Shown here: positions 46,783-59,329 of the stretch, in pieces
Numbering within the stretch: the stretch's first letter is position 1
How the letters are laid out: every line of letters begins with the position of its first letter
Source of the DNA: Podarcis erhardii
Lineage: Eukaryota
NCBI GenBank assembly: GCA_964252035.1
Contig: OZ176215.1
Length of the DNA: 64,000 nt
Reading direction: 5' to 3' (one strand)
The notes under the pieces: generated by a model
What the model was told of the DNA's origin: nothing
The model's database searches: none
Seen by the model: only the letters and a program-made list of their open reading frames with translations
Translations under genes and position numbers: made by a program

Positions 46783-47060
46783 ATAGAATCATAGAATCAT
46801 AGAGTTGGAAGAGACCACAAGGGCCATCGAGTCCAACCCCCTGCCAAGCAGGAAACACCATCAGAGCACTCCTGACATATGGTTGTCAAGCCTCTGCTTA
46901 AAGACCTCCAAAGAAGGAGACTCCACCACACTCCTTGGCAGCAAATTCCACTGTCGAACAAATTTCCACTGTCGAAATTCCACTGTCGAACAGCTCTTAC
47001 TGTCAGGAAGTTCTTCCTAATGTTTAGGTGGAATCTTCTTTCTTGTAGTTTGGAACCATT
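46783..47060 (-). mobile_element. CR1 LINE 3' end (RT C-terminus and ctatgatt tail)
   Basis: Peptide NGSKLQERRFHLNIRKNFLTVRAVRQW; (catagaat)n terminus; internal triplication of ttccactgtcgaa (46946, 46964, 46978). Confidence 0.9.
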
Positions 47061-47379
47061 GTGGCATGCCAGGGATAGGGAAACTGTGACCCTACAAATG
47101 CACCCCACAGTCTGTTTTCAAAGCAAGCAATCAGTTCAGGGATCAGAGATGGATAATCTGTATCTCTGTACATGATTTTGTATAACAATTCGTCTCACCC
47201 CTGACCATTGGTTATGATGGCTGAGGATTAAGGGAGCCAGAGTCCAAAGACACCTAGAGGCATTACACTGGGCTACCCCGATCTAGACCGATCCCAATCC
47301 CAAGAGCAGCCTTCTGCAACCATCAGGCACCTGCTCCACCTCCATCTGCCAACCCCTTCCAGGTGTCCATGTGCACCCT

Positions 47380-48680
47380 GTGATATTTCTGTTGGGAAGC
47401 TGGTAAAATGCGAGCTAGATAATGGTACAGTTCCGTGGTTTTGCAGCTGGCTGATGGACTGCACCTAAAATGTACTTACCAGCAGCTTCTTGTCAACCTA
47501 ACATGTGGTACCCCAGGGTTCTGTCCTGGGCCTGATGCTGCAAAGCAGCTCTAGAAATGACTGACTAGAGGAGCAGAGGAGTTGCTGATATCTTAAGCCA
47601 ACAGAAACAGGATCCAAGATGATACTGACAGAACAGAGAACTTGGCCAAAATGAATGCCAGCAGAGATTAAGTGTAAATTTTTGCATTTAGGTAGGAAGA
47701 ACAGCAGTAGACGTGTCAGTAGACCACAAGCTAAACATGAGGCAGCAGTACAATGTGGCAGCAAAAAGGGCCACTTCCTTGCCTTGCCATCACTCACCTA
47801 CCCAGCTACTATCTGGTTCTTCAGAGCAGGTGGCACAATGAGTCAGTGTGTCTAACTGTTAACCAGAAGGCTGGTGGTTTGAGCTCACCCAGGGATGACT
47901 GTGGACAGGATTCTTGCATTCCTGTGGGTTGGACTAGAGGACCCTCGTGGTTGCTTCCAACTCTACAATTCTATGATTCTATCACCTGCCCATACCTCAC
48001 TCTGAGTAAAGAAAGAGGCTGATACCCTTTTCCAGGATATAACTGCTCTGTATGGGTAAGCAGGACTCCCACCTCGCCTCTTCCATCACAAGGAAGAGGA
48101 GCACAGCAATGGAATCCAGGGAGGGTGTCAATCAACCATGAGGGCTGGAAGAACCAAGGTCCGAAGGGGAGGGAGGGTGGTACTCTTGTTGCCAGCAACA
48201 GACCATCACCCCTGACACAGTGAGCGGCTGCATGCTCAGCAGTCTCGCAAGGCTCAAGGGTCCTGCAAGCAAGCTTGCCTTGCCCCACCTTTCAAAGCTT
48301 GACTTGTGGGAATTGGGACAACTCTGTTGGTTCCACGCAGTTCTAAACTCCTTGCCCTGATCTAGGACTCTGTAAGGCTGGCCTATTGCCTCCAGCCTGA
48401 TTGGTCTCACCTTTCCCATCACCTCGTCTGTGTGTAAAGGCTACTGTGAGTCTGTGCTGCTGAGTCTGTACCTCCAGTGCTGCCTCAAGAGCTCTTCCTT
48501 CCTATCAGGTAAGAGCCTCTGTCATCAGTTTCTGGGCAGCCATCAGGCAACCTGGAGACCAAGTCCTCTGAGGAAAGCCTGAAGGCGTTGGGAATGTTTA
48601 GTCCTGAGGACTGATGATAAAGGGGCACATGTATATCAAAGCCATCTTCAAATATGTACAGTACTGTACAATATGTTATA
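47380..48680 (+). mobile_element. Old CR1 RT fragment interrupted by later insertions
   Basis: gtaccccagggttctgtcctgggcc (GVPQGSVLG motif), aagtgtaaatttttgcatttaggtaggaagaac, gaggaaagcctgaaggcgttgggaatgtttagt; SINE with CR1 tail at about 47825-47980. Confidence 0.6.
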
Positions 48681-48699
48681 CAGTGGTTCTGCTCCTTCC

Positions 48700-49390
48700 T
48701 CCTGGTCCATGTCCAGAAAGTGGTGTTGGGGGATGAGTGTTCAGAACCCTGGGCTCTAACTTATGGGGTGCCTCAGGGTTCCGTCCTCTCCCCCATGCTT
48801 TCTATCTATATCATGGGTAGGCAAACTAAGGCCCGGGGGCCGGTTCTGGCCCAATCACCTTCTAAATCCAACCCTTGGATGGCCCAGGAATCAGTATGTT
48901 TTTACATGAGTAGAATGTGTGCTTTTATTTAAAATGCACTTCTGGGTTATTTGTGCGGCTTAGGAATTTGTTCTCCACCCCCCCAAAAAAATATAGTCCA
49001 GGCCCCCACAAGGTCTGAGGGACAGTGGACCGACCCCCTGCTGAAAAAGTTTGCTGACCCAATCTATATGAAACTGCTAGGAGAGATCATCAGGGGGTTT
49101 GGGCTTGGTGTTCATCAGTATGCAGATAACACGCAGCTCTACCTCGCTTTTAAATTAGAACCAGTGAAGGCGGTGAATGTCCTGTGTGAGTGCCTGGAGG
49201 CGGTTGGAGGATGGATGGCGGCTAACAGATTGAGGGCGAATCCTGACAAGACAAAAGTACTGTTTTGGGGGGGACAGGGGGCAGGCAGGTGTGGAGGACT
49301 CCCTGGTCCTGAATGGGGCAACTGTGCCCCTGAAGGACCAGGTGCACAGCCTGGGAGTCATTTTGGACTCACAGCTGTCCATGGAGGTGC
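48700..49390 (+). mobile_element. L2/CR1-clade LINE RT fragment split by a hAT MITE
   Basis: TYGVPQGSVLSPML | IYMKLLGEIIRGFGLGVHQYADNTQLY...MAANRLRANPDKTKV. Confidence 0.85.
48812..49061. mobile_element. hAT-type MITE (catgggtaggcaaac family)
   Basis: Perfect 8-bp TSD atctatat (48804-48811, 49062-49069); inverted sister copy at about 50603-50842. Confidence 0.85.
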
Positions 49391-50158
49391 AGGTTCAAAT
49401 TCTAAGAAAAAGAGTTTAGACTAAACATGAAGAAGAATCTCCTGACAGTATGAAGTTGTACAACAGTGGGGCGGACTTGTCTCCAAAAGCAGCAGGCTTT
49501 AAAGCAGAGGCTGGGGTCACATCCACACCATACAATGTAAGCATTTGGCTTCTTCCAGAGACTGCTAGGATCTGTAGCTTACCTGTGCAGAGCTGCAACT
49601 CCCAAACTACAGTTCCCAAGATTCTTTTGGGGAAGTCATATTCTTTTACTGTATGGTGTGGATTTGACCAGAATAGCCACCTTTCAGGGATGTGGTAGCA
49701 GTATGTGTCCTCCAATCGGAACAGAATTGCAGCAGATGCCCTTCCCTGCTCAGAATCCACCTGCAGAGGAAAAATTCCTTCCCAAATACAGTGATCTATC
49801 AGAACCGGAGCACAAGCTAAGGCAAACAGCTTTCCAACAAAAAATCAGGACTAGGCCAAGTTTGCCTTTCGTGCTGCAAGCCTAAAGGAGAGTTGAGGCA
49901 GAAGGGAGCCAATTGTTAATCAGCAAGTTTGAATTCTGTTCTCAGTTAGTGACATGCTCTGCAAGAGAGAGATAAGAATCTGGTCAGGGAGAGAGGAGGC
50001 GGGAGAGGAAACAGGGAGAAGGGGAGGAATGACCACATCTGGATTAACTAGAGCGGAAGAGCACAGAGTTCAAGGACACAGAGAGTCTGAAAGTCAAGAA
50101 GGTGTTTTATGATGGGGAGTGTGTAGCTGTGTATGTGTGTGCGCGCGCACATGGTGTT

Positions 50159-50198
<40 letters not shown>

Positions 50199-50602
50199 AG
50201 AGGGAGAGACCAGATGAGTTCTTTTATAGGATCAGCAGCCAAATAAGCTCAACAACTCGCTCCACTGTGGTGCCAGAGGCAAGCCTCACAGATAGGCAGT
50301 TGGAAACCCTTTGCACTATCTTACCTCATAACAAAATTCTGAGATACTAGCAAAATGCCTGGCATGACAACAGGTAGGGTCCTTCATCTCATGTGGATCT
50401 CTTTGTGTTTGTGTGGTGGGAAATCCCCCTCAGTGGCTGCCCCGCCCCGCCCCCTGCCCCAGGAGTGAATGGCAGCATTCACTTACATGGGAGCAATAAA
50501 AGAGGGGTGAGACTGCAATAAGAGGCTGGGGCCTAGCCACTAAGAATCAAGCTTCCTCTAGATCTGCATGGCCTAGTTTCTTTTTTGTGGTCACTCCAGA
50601 GC

Positions 50603-50842
50603 AAGGGTCAGCAAACTTTTTCAGCTGTGGGCCAGTCCACTGTCCCTCAGACCTTGTGGGGGGCCGGACTATTTTTTTTGGGGGGGGAATAAACAAATTC
50701 CTATGCCCCACAAATTACCCAGAAATGCATTTTGAATAAAAGCACACATTCTACTCATGTAAAAACACGCTGATTCCCGGACCGTCCGCAGGCCGGATTT
50801 AGAAGGCGATTGGGCCAGATCTGCCTTAGGCTGCCTACCCAT
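50603..50842. mobile_element. hAT-type MITE, same family as 48812-49061, opposite orientation
   Basis: Reverse-complement similarity (aagcacacattctactcatgtaaaaac; ttaggctgcctacccatg). Confidence 0.8.
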
Positions 50843-53800
50843 GCTCTGTGGTAGAATGTTCGTAACAGGCAAAACTACCTCATGGATACTAGCCAATAGA
50901 ACCTGAATGAAGACAATTGGTGAAAAAGAGGTAAGCCAAAGGTAACAGAGGAGAAAAAGCAGATACAAGAGGACACAATTCAAAGGCTGCTTCAGATGGG
51001 GCATCCCACACCGAAACGGCCTGAACAGGAAAATGCAAGGGAGTCTCTGGTGCAACAATTAGGATTACGCATGAGGCGACTGCAATTTAACATATGCTCC
51101 TGGCGAAATTACAAGACGTACTCCCACTTCCATAAGGAAGCCTGCCTTACAACCTTTAGAACCCAAGTTTTGCACTAATCACAGACCATGCAGGTCTTCT
51201 GCACCTGCAGGAGTACAGAAAACTGGATATTTCAAGAGTTCTACAGCAGACAGTGTTCTGTGTTGGCAACAGACTGGAGGATCAGAAAATCCCAAATGCA
51301 CGCCCTCTAGGATTATGCGACATGGCAAAATCCCATGGCCACAAACTAAGCAGTTACTGTGTAGTCCAATACACCAGGGATAGAGTAGCCTGGCGTTCTC
51401 CAGGTGTTGCTGAATACACCTCCACCATCTTTGACCACTGGTCCCTGCTGGTTGTAGCTAATCTGCAGGGGCAGGGCAGAGACTTCCCATCCCTGCCATA
51501 CACCTTGCAGGTGGTGCACAGGCTGAAGAGCTGTGGATGAGGTTCCATCAAGTCCCTCAAAGTTTGCTATGTAAAGGCACTTCCAGTTCTTACGAACAAT
51601 ACACTGGCATCAGTAGTCCACACTTCTGTGAAACAGGTGGGTGGTGGAAGACTAGACTGTGCCATGGGCAGACTCTGCGTGGCCTGTGGGTATCAGAGGC
51701 ACTAGGAGAGAGAATCTGATCCTGCAAAAGAGACACATGCAGATTTGTCTCCAGTTGGCGTGGCTGCCACATTGGGTGAGCTGATTATCCAGCTCAGCCA
51801 AGCAAAATGAGTTATTCTTCATTAAGAACGCAAAAGAAGTGGAAAGGCTCATCCTCACAACAGAGTTAGCTCCCTGGGAAGCAGCATCCCAGGTGGGACC
51901 GTGTCAGCCGGCGTCTCGGGTCTACCTAGGGCCAAAGACCACAATTATTTTTTGGCAGGGGCAAGTGGACATCTCCCAGACTGATCAAGAGACGTGGAAG
52001 AGGAGGAAGAGAGATCCCAGGACAGATCATATGGGGGTTTGTTCCCTTTGTGCTTGTTTGTCAGCCTGAGCTTGGAGTGGCCTTGAAATTTAGGCAGTGA
52101 AATAACCAGCTAAAATAAACCAGGAGGAGGCGAAGAGCCTGGCTTTATAACCCACTGGCAGTTGCAGAGAGGTAATCTGAGAGCACATTGAGAGAGCCAC
52201 GGGGGGGGGGGGGCTGAATTTTGACCTAGCTCCAATCCCTGATGTGGGGAACAGAGGGAAGTTTCGGTGTCGTGGCCTCTGCTACAGAGCTATCTGAAAG
52301 CGTGCCCCGTGCTTTCACCTGGCTTTTGAAATTCTGAAGCCCTTTCAATTCAGCAAGGCCTGAACCTCTATGAACCTCTGTTCAGTTCCAGGTCACGGAT
52401 AGTTCTTTGCCCACATAACGTTGCTCATCCGGTTATTGCTACTTTACTTGCTCCAGTCCTGGATTTGTTTACACATTTGCTCACCCCAGTGTGAGTCTTA
52501 CAACTTGAAGCAGGCACTTGGAAACATCTGCGCTTACTGGCTTTCACCTATATTTCAAGAGATTTAGGCTACCTACCTCTGGGAGCTTTGCTTAATAATT
52601 ATGTTTGCTCCTGGCTAAAAACTGTTAACAGTTTAACATCACTGGCTCTTACTCGCTACTCCATCTTGCGACACTTGGGTAAGAAAAAGCAGCCCAGTGC
52701 ATTAAACTAAGACATCTTAAATAGCAAAACTCACTGGCTTTGGCAAAAAGGGGCGTGCTCGTCTGTGCATTTTGTTCCCTTTACTTTGGGATAACTGACA
52801 GAAACTGAGCTTTAAAAAAACACCAAATTTTAAAAAATCACTGAGGAGCATATCAGAACTTTTCAGCTGCTGCCACAAGGGCAACAAACGCTTGACAAAA
52901 GGTTCCTCAGGGTTTCTTTCAGAACACCCAGTTCTCAGTCTTGCTTCCTCAGTTTAGTTTATTCTATTTGTTATTATTTAGAAAGCAGATGCCAGGAGAC
53001 CAGGCCCAGACTGAAGAGCAAGGACGTAGAATGGATCTATGCATCTGTCGCATGGCTCACGACCAAGGGGCCTACGTGTCAGTAAGCAATCCCTGGAACT
53101 TCTTTACAACCAGCAGTTGGGGTTCAGGCATGGTCTAGGAGGCCAGAGGATGTAAGGTCTCCCTGTTGAGCTGGAAACAGGAGAGGTCTGTGGCTCCTTG
53201 TTCCTGATTCCATTCCTGCCCTCCTCGCTGCTTGCACTTCTTTTGATACTGACGGCGGATTGTTTCCCAACCTTACTTTTGGATCATGTTTGGGACCCTC
53301 TGTTTTTGACCCTGGCTTTTTTGAGACTATGCTGCACTTTGAACCCTGCTTGGGTAAGCGCTTGGATAAATGTGTTTTACCTCCTTAGGCTGAGATCCTG
53401 GCTCCTGAGGGCAGCTCTTGGAGCATAACAGTGGCGTATTAGTGCCAGCGAATAGTGCCTGGACATTTATGGGGCAGAGTAGTCAGAGTCCTAGCCTGTT
53501 AGGTAACAGGTTGGAAGGGCAACAGGTTCAACCGTCAAATGTTGCCCCAGGAAGTTTTAAACTACTAAGCAAATAGGATAAGGTTTCTGCTTGGCACCTT
53601 AGAACATTCTCTGGTCACCTGACATTAACAGCCTTACCTCTCTCTTAGCAATGAACTGACAACAGTTAACTTATGTCTCTACAGGCTGGCCTTCTGCATT
53701 CATTTATATTTAGCATGACCTACAGCTGAACTTTTATTCCTAGCACTGCTAGAAGTCTTTATAAAATATATATGTAAAGATAATTATCTTGGGGGACTAG

Positions 53801-54748
53801 GTTTTTTAAAAAAAACACAACGGAAAGAGCTAAAAGCTGTTATTACCTTTGCTTTGGCTTGGCAGTAGCTGGCAAGAGCGGCAGAGTGATGGAGGGCAGC
53901 CAGCGAAGTACTCCCTGAGCACCACTTCTATGAACTGTGCTTCATCTCACTGCTCTCCTCAGGGCTTACCCACAACGTAGCTTTCTGCTGCTGAAATGTG
54001 CAGGCTGGCAATTCACTGCCTGTGCTGGCCTTTTTACCTGGCTGCAGGCCCTTCTCCTAAATTGCTGAGAGGCACAGTGGATGGTGGCGCCTGGGCCCAT
54101 CCTGCCACCCAGGCGAGCATCAGGATAGGGCAGGAGCCTTACTTCCTCCTCCAACACCAACACCCCCAGGCCAACTTTGACAGGCAGCCACTAGCAACCA
54201 CCTGACACAATGATGGCAGGTGACCCGTGCTCCTTTGCGCCTGCGGTCGGAAGTAAAACCGTGTAGCTGATTGTGGGTGCTTGCTCTAGAGATCCCGGCA
54301 GCCCTTGCAAAAGGCACACAGGGGCTTACAGGTGCCACCAATTGGCTGGTTGGTGGTACCTGCAAAACCCAGTTTCAGCCATGGGCCTTATTTTCATCTG
54401 CCCCATACCCCTTATGGTATATGATGTCAGGTAGGCTTGGCCAAGTATCAAAAGGTTTCCTACAGTTAACGTTTGGAATGGATCTTGCAAGCCACCCAGC
54501 CCAACCTTTGGCACAGCATGGCCACCCAGCCCCTGTTTAAATGCCCCCTCTACTGGTCATAGAGTACATCCCATGTGCAGAGGCGGCAGAGACCACCAGG
54601 TGCAGAGGAGAAACAAGGGAGGAATGCAGCTGCCTGCATTTCTTGCCCATGGAGTCCTCAAATGCATTTGGCTGGCCTTCATCCAGCCAGACACTTTCAG
54701 GGGGAAAGGGCTAACGGAGCCTTGTTCAGAGATATCATCGTATGAGGA

Positions 54749-54897
54749 GCCTGGAATAGCTCAGTCAGTAGAGCAGGAGACTCTTAATCTCATGGTCGTG
54801 GGTTTGAGCCCGTTGGGCAAAAGCTTCTTGCATTGCAGGGGGTTGGGCTAGATGACCTTTGTGGTCCCTTCCAGCTCTACAATGCTGTGATTCTATG
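54749..54897 (+). mobile_element. SINE: tRNA-Lys(CTT)-derived head with CR1-type tail
   Basis: tagctcagtcagtagagcaggagactcttaatctcatggtcgtgggtttgagccc then cattgcagggggttgggctagatgacc...ccttccagctctac...attctatg; reverse copies 61209-61352 (possible TSD gtctga) and about 27345-27440. Confidence 0.8.
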
Positions 54898-57800
54898 AAC
54901 CATTGCCATCATTAGTCCTGCAGCACTGTCAGGATCAGGCATGGGTTGGCAGCCTGATGCAGGAGGAGGAGGAGGAGGAAGAAACGGGGGGAGAGGCTGA
55001 ATGGGGAGAATCTGGGTTGGATTCCCGTCTCCAATCAGATTTTGGTCATTTTGGAAGGGGGAGCAGGGGTGCCAGCTCTCCTCTCTGCCCTTCCTGAGGA
55101 ACAGGGAGCCACAGTGGAGGCTGGGTAGCACTTTGGACAGCTGAGAAGAGGAGAGGCTGAACAGGAGGCGGCTGAGACTACACAGGAGCCTAAACAGGGA
55201 GAGTGCAGCCTTGTCGCCTAGGACCAGGTGCCACCTCCACAGATGGGAGCAGACCCATCCCCTTCCAACAGAGTGCACACCTGCAATTCTGATATTCCCA
55301 TAGGGCGAGGAGGTCTCCTGAGTGAATACACGACATCTTGTCCATGAAAGGTGCTGGGAGGGGCAGGAAAACTTGTTGGGACATCTTCATTGCTCCCTTC
55401 CAGTTCTCAGCTCCTTGCTCTGCTACAGAACTCCTGAATTGTGATTCCTGAGTACTGTGTTTGCTGCCGAGCCTGTCCTGTTACTTGCCTGAATAAATAT
55501 ATCCTACTTACTTACAAGGAAGAGCTTCTGTCTCTCTGTGCTGGGAGGGAGCCAGGACAGTTCCACACAATACAAGAATCAGGCTTCAGTGCAGTGGCAC
55601 CTACATTTTCATCCTTTCCCATTAAGGTATTAGTCATCTCTGTTGTCTTTTTTGGTGCCTACTGAAGACTGTCCTCTTCCAATAAGTCTTTTAAACAGAG
55701 ATATTTGATCCGAGTCTACATCTATTTTAAAGCTGTTTATGTATGGTTTTTTAAAGTTTGTATTGTTTTGTATGTCAATTTTTAATTTTAATTTTTGGTA
55801 TATGGAACGTTTTGAACTTACTTTTACATTTATTCTGTTTTGTTTTATGTAACTGTATTTCTTTTTATAATTAAATATTTTACTGTTGTAAACACCCCCC
55901 CCAAGGGTCTTATGGGTAGAGGGTGGGCAAGAAAGCTTCTAAGTTAAGAAATAAACAAAAGAGCAGGGCTTTTTAATCTCCAGCTGGAAGATGGGCCTGC
56001 TGGACTGACTATGGGGTGACCACTGGAAGGGCTCAGATGCAAGCACAGTGAGGGCAAGACGTTAGGTCTGAAGTGCCCTGGGAGTGATGCAATCACAATG
56101 GCTGGGGATGGAAGGATCAGCGTGATTTAAAAAAACTTTTCTGGAATAACCAATACACTACATTGGACCTCCTCCAGAAACTATGGGTAGCCTGACTAAA
56201 GGGGAGGGGCTCTCCTGCATAAGCCATTCGCTGGACGCCAAATGCAGACTGAACACACTGTGAGCACCTATAACTGGGGAAAGAGAGAATTACTGCCTCC
56301 CATAACTCTAAGGTAGCTATAGCATATTTGACTTATTTAATTCATTTTCAAAGTATCTGTCTCAGCAGCAAATCTATAAATCATTGTCTGCAAGCTTACT
56401 GTCTCATTTAGATGAAAGCCAAGATTCCCTGTGTGTTTGGGAACCAGAGCTTTAAGCAGATGCCTAAGAATCAGAGCCATTAACCTTCACTCATGTTTAA
56501 ATACGGCTACTTCATTACTGTTTGGGGGGGTGCGCACGCACGCACATCTGGCCTGCTTCCACCCTAAGGAACAATTTGTGCCCCCAATGAACCAAAGGCT
56601 CTTGTTTGTTCCTGCAAGTGCCCAACCCTCACTTGATGAATGGCTGTATGGGAGTATGGATCCAAGAGGCATTTAATGAAATTGACCGAGGCTATGCACT
56701 AAACCACAAATCACCTGTCACCCAGCGAAAGCAGACACTTGTCCTAATCAAGAACAGGCCACTGGCATGAGATGTGACCATATTGCATCACATGACCTTC
56801 TTTAACCCCTGACAATGGGCATCGATCCTGAACAGTATAAGCACCAGGGCCATAAAGTTGCCCTTTCAATTACTGTCACTGGCAATGCGAGGCTCGAAGA
56901 GCCAAGGCACCACAAATCATTAAGCAAGTGCAAAACCCCACTGAGGATAGCAGTGCAATAAGTCAGCGACTTTTAAGCTGCTGGTTACAGGAATGGTGCC
57001 CACCCACAGGCCCTTAAGAGAAATTTGCAGACTGTTCTGTTAGCGTACCGGAAGTCATATTTCTTTGGCTCTCACTCCTAGATCCAGATACTGTCTCTCA
57101 CTGTTGGATGGCTGGGACTTGAGTCCTCAGGACTGTGTAAAAGCAATCCCTCCCCTCAACCCTCCCCCGACCCTCATTTCCTTTCCAATTCCTCCCCTTG
57201 CCCCACTCCCCAATTGATAAGAAAACCTAAACCATATAAAATCAAGTATGAGGCATTTAAACACCCAGAATGTGAAGTTTCTGATCAAAAGAACTTTTGG
57301 CAGATGGAAGCAAAATCCTACAAAGCTCCATAAATTACAACACAAGAAACAACTTCCCTTCTCTGGTCCCTGAAGGCATTAGTGATGGGTTGGAAAGTCG
57401 GTGTCCCTTACAATCCTTTAATTGCCTGTGATTGGTACACAAAAGTCAACCCCACCCAACTGAAAACCAGACACAGTTCTACAGAGGCCCTCACTCCATT
57501 CAGGAAAAACATGATTTCAAATCTCCAGACACCAACATTAAACCTTTTTTTAAAACGCTTAGGTAACTTGGCAGCTGGGTTTAGGTATTAAGATTACTTC
57601 TATAAGGGTTCCTCCATATGACCTATCCATTCAGCATTCATCCTTGCATGCGTGAATAAAGGTTGGATTATATCAGGTCTTTACTGAGAATTTGTGCTGA
57701 TTTGTTTGCGGGGAGGTTACATAACAATGAGTATTCATCCTGATTTGCTTCCTTTTACTCATTTGCTCACCCCACACTTTGCAATGCAATCCCTGTCACT

Positions 57801-57968
57801 TTCCTAACTGCAAAACAGTAAGTTTCTTTTTTAATGTGGATTTGTTGTGCCAGGGCAACAAAGCACTTTAATAATCCACTTTAATTTTGCAAACCTTTCC
57901 CAAAATACGGAGTGTCTGGAGGCCTCTTAACTCTTCCAAGTTTTCCACTCCATTTGCTCCTCACTCAC

Positions 57969-58512
57969 TTGCTTTTGTCACCAGCATCCTGCTCGTCCAT
58001 CTCATCGGCACTGCATGTGGCGCTGGAGTCGCTGTCAGGATTTGCACCCTTCCCAGCTTTGTGGTTGTCCTTCTTTTCTGCTTTGGGTGCTCCCTCAGCC
58101 CCTGTCACAACACGGGTGCTGGTGCTGCCACTGCTGCTGCTGTTTTCTGTGATCTGGTCACTGTCCTTCTCCTGGCAGACCTCTCCCTTCTCCATTTTTA
58201 TTTCACCCCTGCTGGGTTCTGGGCTCTTGGGCTTTTCCTCAGCCTCTTCCGTTTTCACCACATCAACTGTTTGCTCCTCTTGTGGCTTCTCTTCAGTGCA
58301 AGTTGGTTCAGGGGCCTCCTCCTCCTCCACTGCTTGGATGGTGGCAGGATTTGCTTCTGGGGAGCTAGTGGTTTCCTCCATCTTAACAGCCGGTTCTTCT
58401 CCAGCATTGCTTCTGGTGTCTGGGGCTGGTTTGGGTCCATTCTCTGTGCTCTCTTTGGCTTCTGGTCTTGGAGAAGGGAGGCTCTCTGTGTCTGAGCTAT
58501 TATTCACTGCAA
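57969..58512 (-). CDS. NCOR2: NCOR2 coding exon A (544 nt; AVNNSSDTESLPSP...DSDSSATCSADEMDEQDAGDKS)
   Basis: Acceptor ttctacttccag|TT GCA GTG; donor AGC AA|gtgagt; 2+180 codons+2 nt. Confidence 0.95.
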
Positions 58513-58529
58513 CTGGAAGTAGAAAAACA

Positions 58530-58735
58530 CATTAAGAACACAAGATCAACCCAGCTGGGCCAGGCCAATGGCCCATCTAGTCCAGCATCTGGTTCCCACA
58601 GTCACCAACCAAATGCCTATGGGAAGCCCACAAGTGCAACAGCCCTCTCCTCCCCGCCTGTGGTTCCCAGCAACCACTGCCTCCGACAGTGGAGGGAGCA
58701 CTCAGCCATCTATCTTAGTAGCCACATTATTTTCT
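58530..58735 (-). mobile_element. CR1-type 3' tail fragment abutting exon A acceptor
   Basis: cattaagaaca...ggccaatggcccatctagtccagcatc...gggaagcccacaag, same family as 9275-9370. Confidence 0.7.
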
Positions 58736-59329
58736 ATTTACTTGGCGTGGTAGCATTTGCTGTGCCCAAATAGTAACACATAAAGCTATGAGCCCCCACC
58801 CCACATCCCCAAGCTGATTTATTTATTTTTTAACAGTCTGAACAGGACATGGTGCAAAGCTAGAAATTTGATAGATGATTTCCCTAAACTGCATTGGGTG
58901 CATGACATACACACAGAGTGCAAATCTTCTTTTCTATGCACCTATTATTATTTTTTATTATTATAGGCAATATTTTAAAGATGGAATTTGGGTTTTTCAC
59001 TACAGATACATTCAAGGATATTGTCTTGACACTTTCTTTTGAAGCAGACACACACACACACACACACACACCCCTCCCCCCCACCCCACCTGTATGCCAC
59101 ACTTAAACACAGCACATATTTTTACACAATATACACCTTCCCCATGCTACACATGTGAATACGACTCATCTAGAATGATTTATAAAAATGTCTTGCTTGT
59201 GCTAGACTGTCTGCAGACTTAAAAATATATCCAGGGCTACAGCTGTGATAACACAAGGAACTGTCCAAGCAGTTTGCTTAAAAAGGACGTAATCAATCAA
59301 TGTCTCAAACAGAAGGTTGCTCTCATATA

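Larger units (their letters stand above)
1..58512 (-). other. NCOR2: NCOR2 (SMRT) gene, internal portion: 18 coding exons, gene extends beyond both window ends
   Basis: Spliced translation contains SMRT-type peptides (KPLDLKQLKQRAAAIPPI, YLRREAK, LVATVKEAGRSIHEIPR, AAAYYLPRHL, RQTIINDYITSQQM, IIDLSQVPHLPVLVPPTPGT, TTTVEHAPIWRP) that match NCOR2 rather than NCOR1 as I recall them; all exon phases chain without frameshift. Confidence 0.97.

Noticed and set aside
54749-54822. tRNA-Lys gene (also the tRNA-Ile-like sequence at 34516)
   Set aside because: T-arm/acceptor stem damaged and directly fused to a retroposon tail; these are SINE heads.
57887-58535. Plus-strand ORFs of 202 and 207 aa
   Set aside because: Antisense shadows of purine-rich coding exon A.
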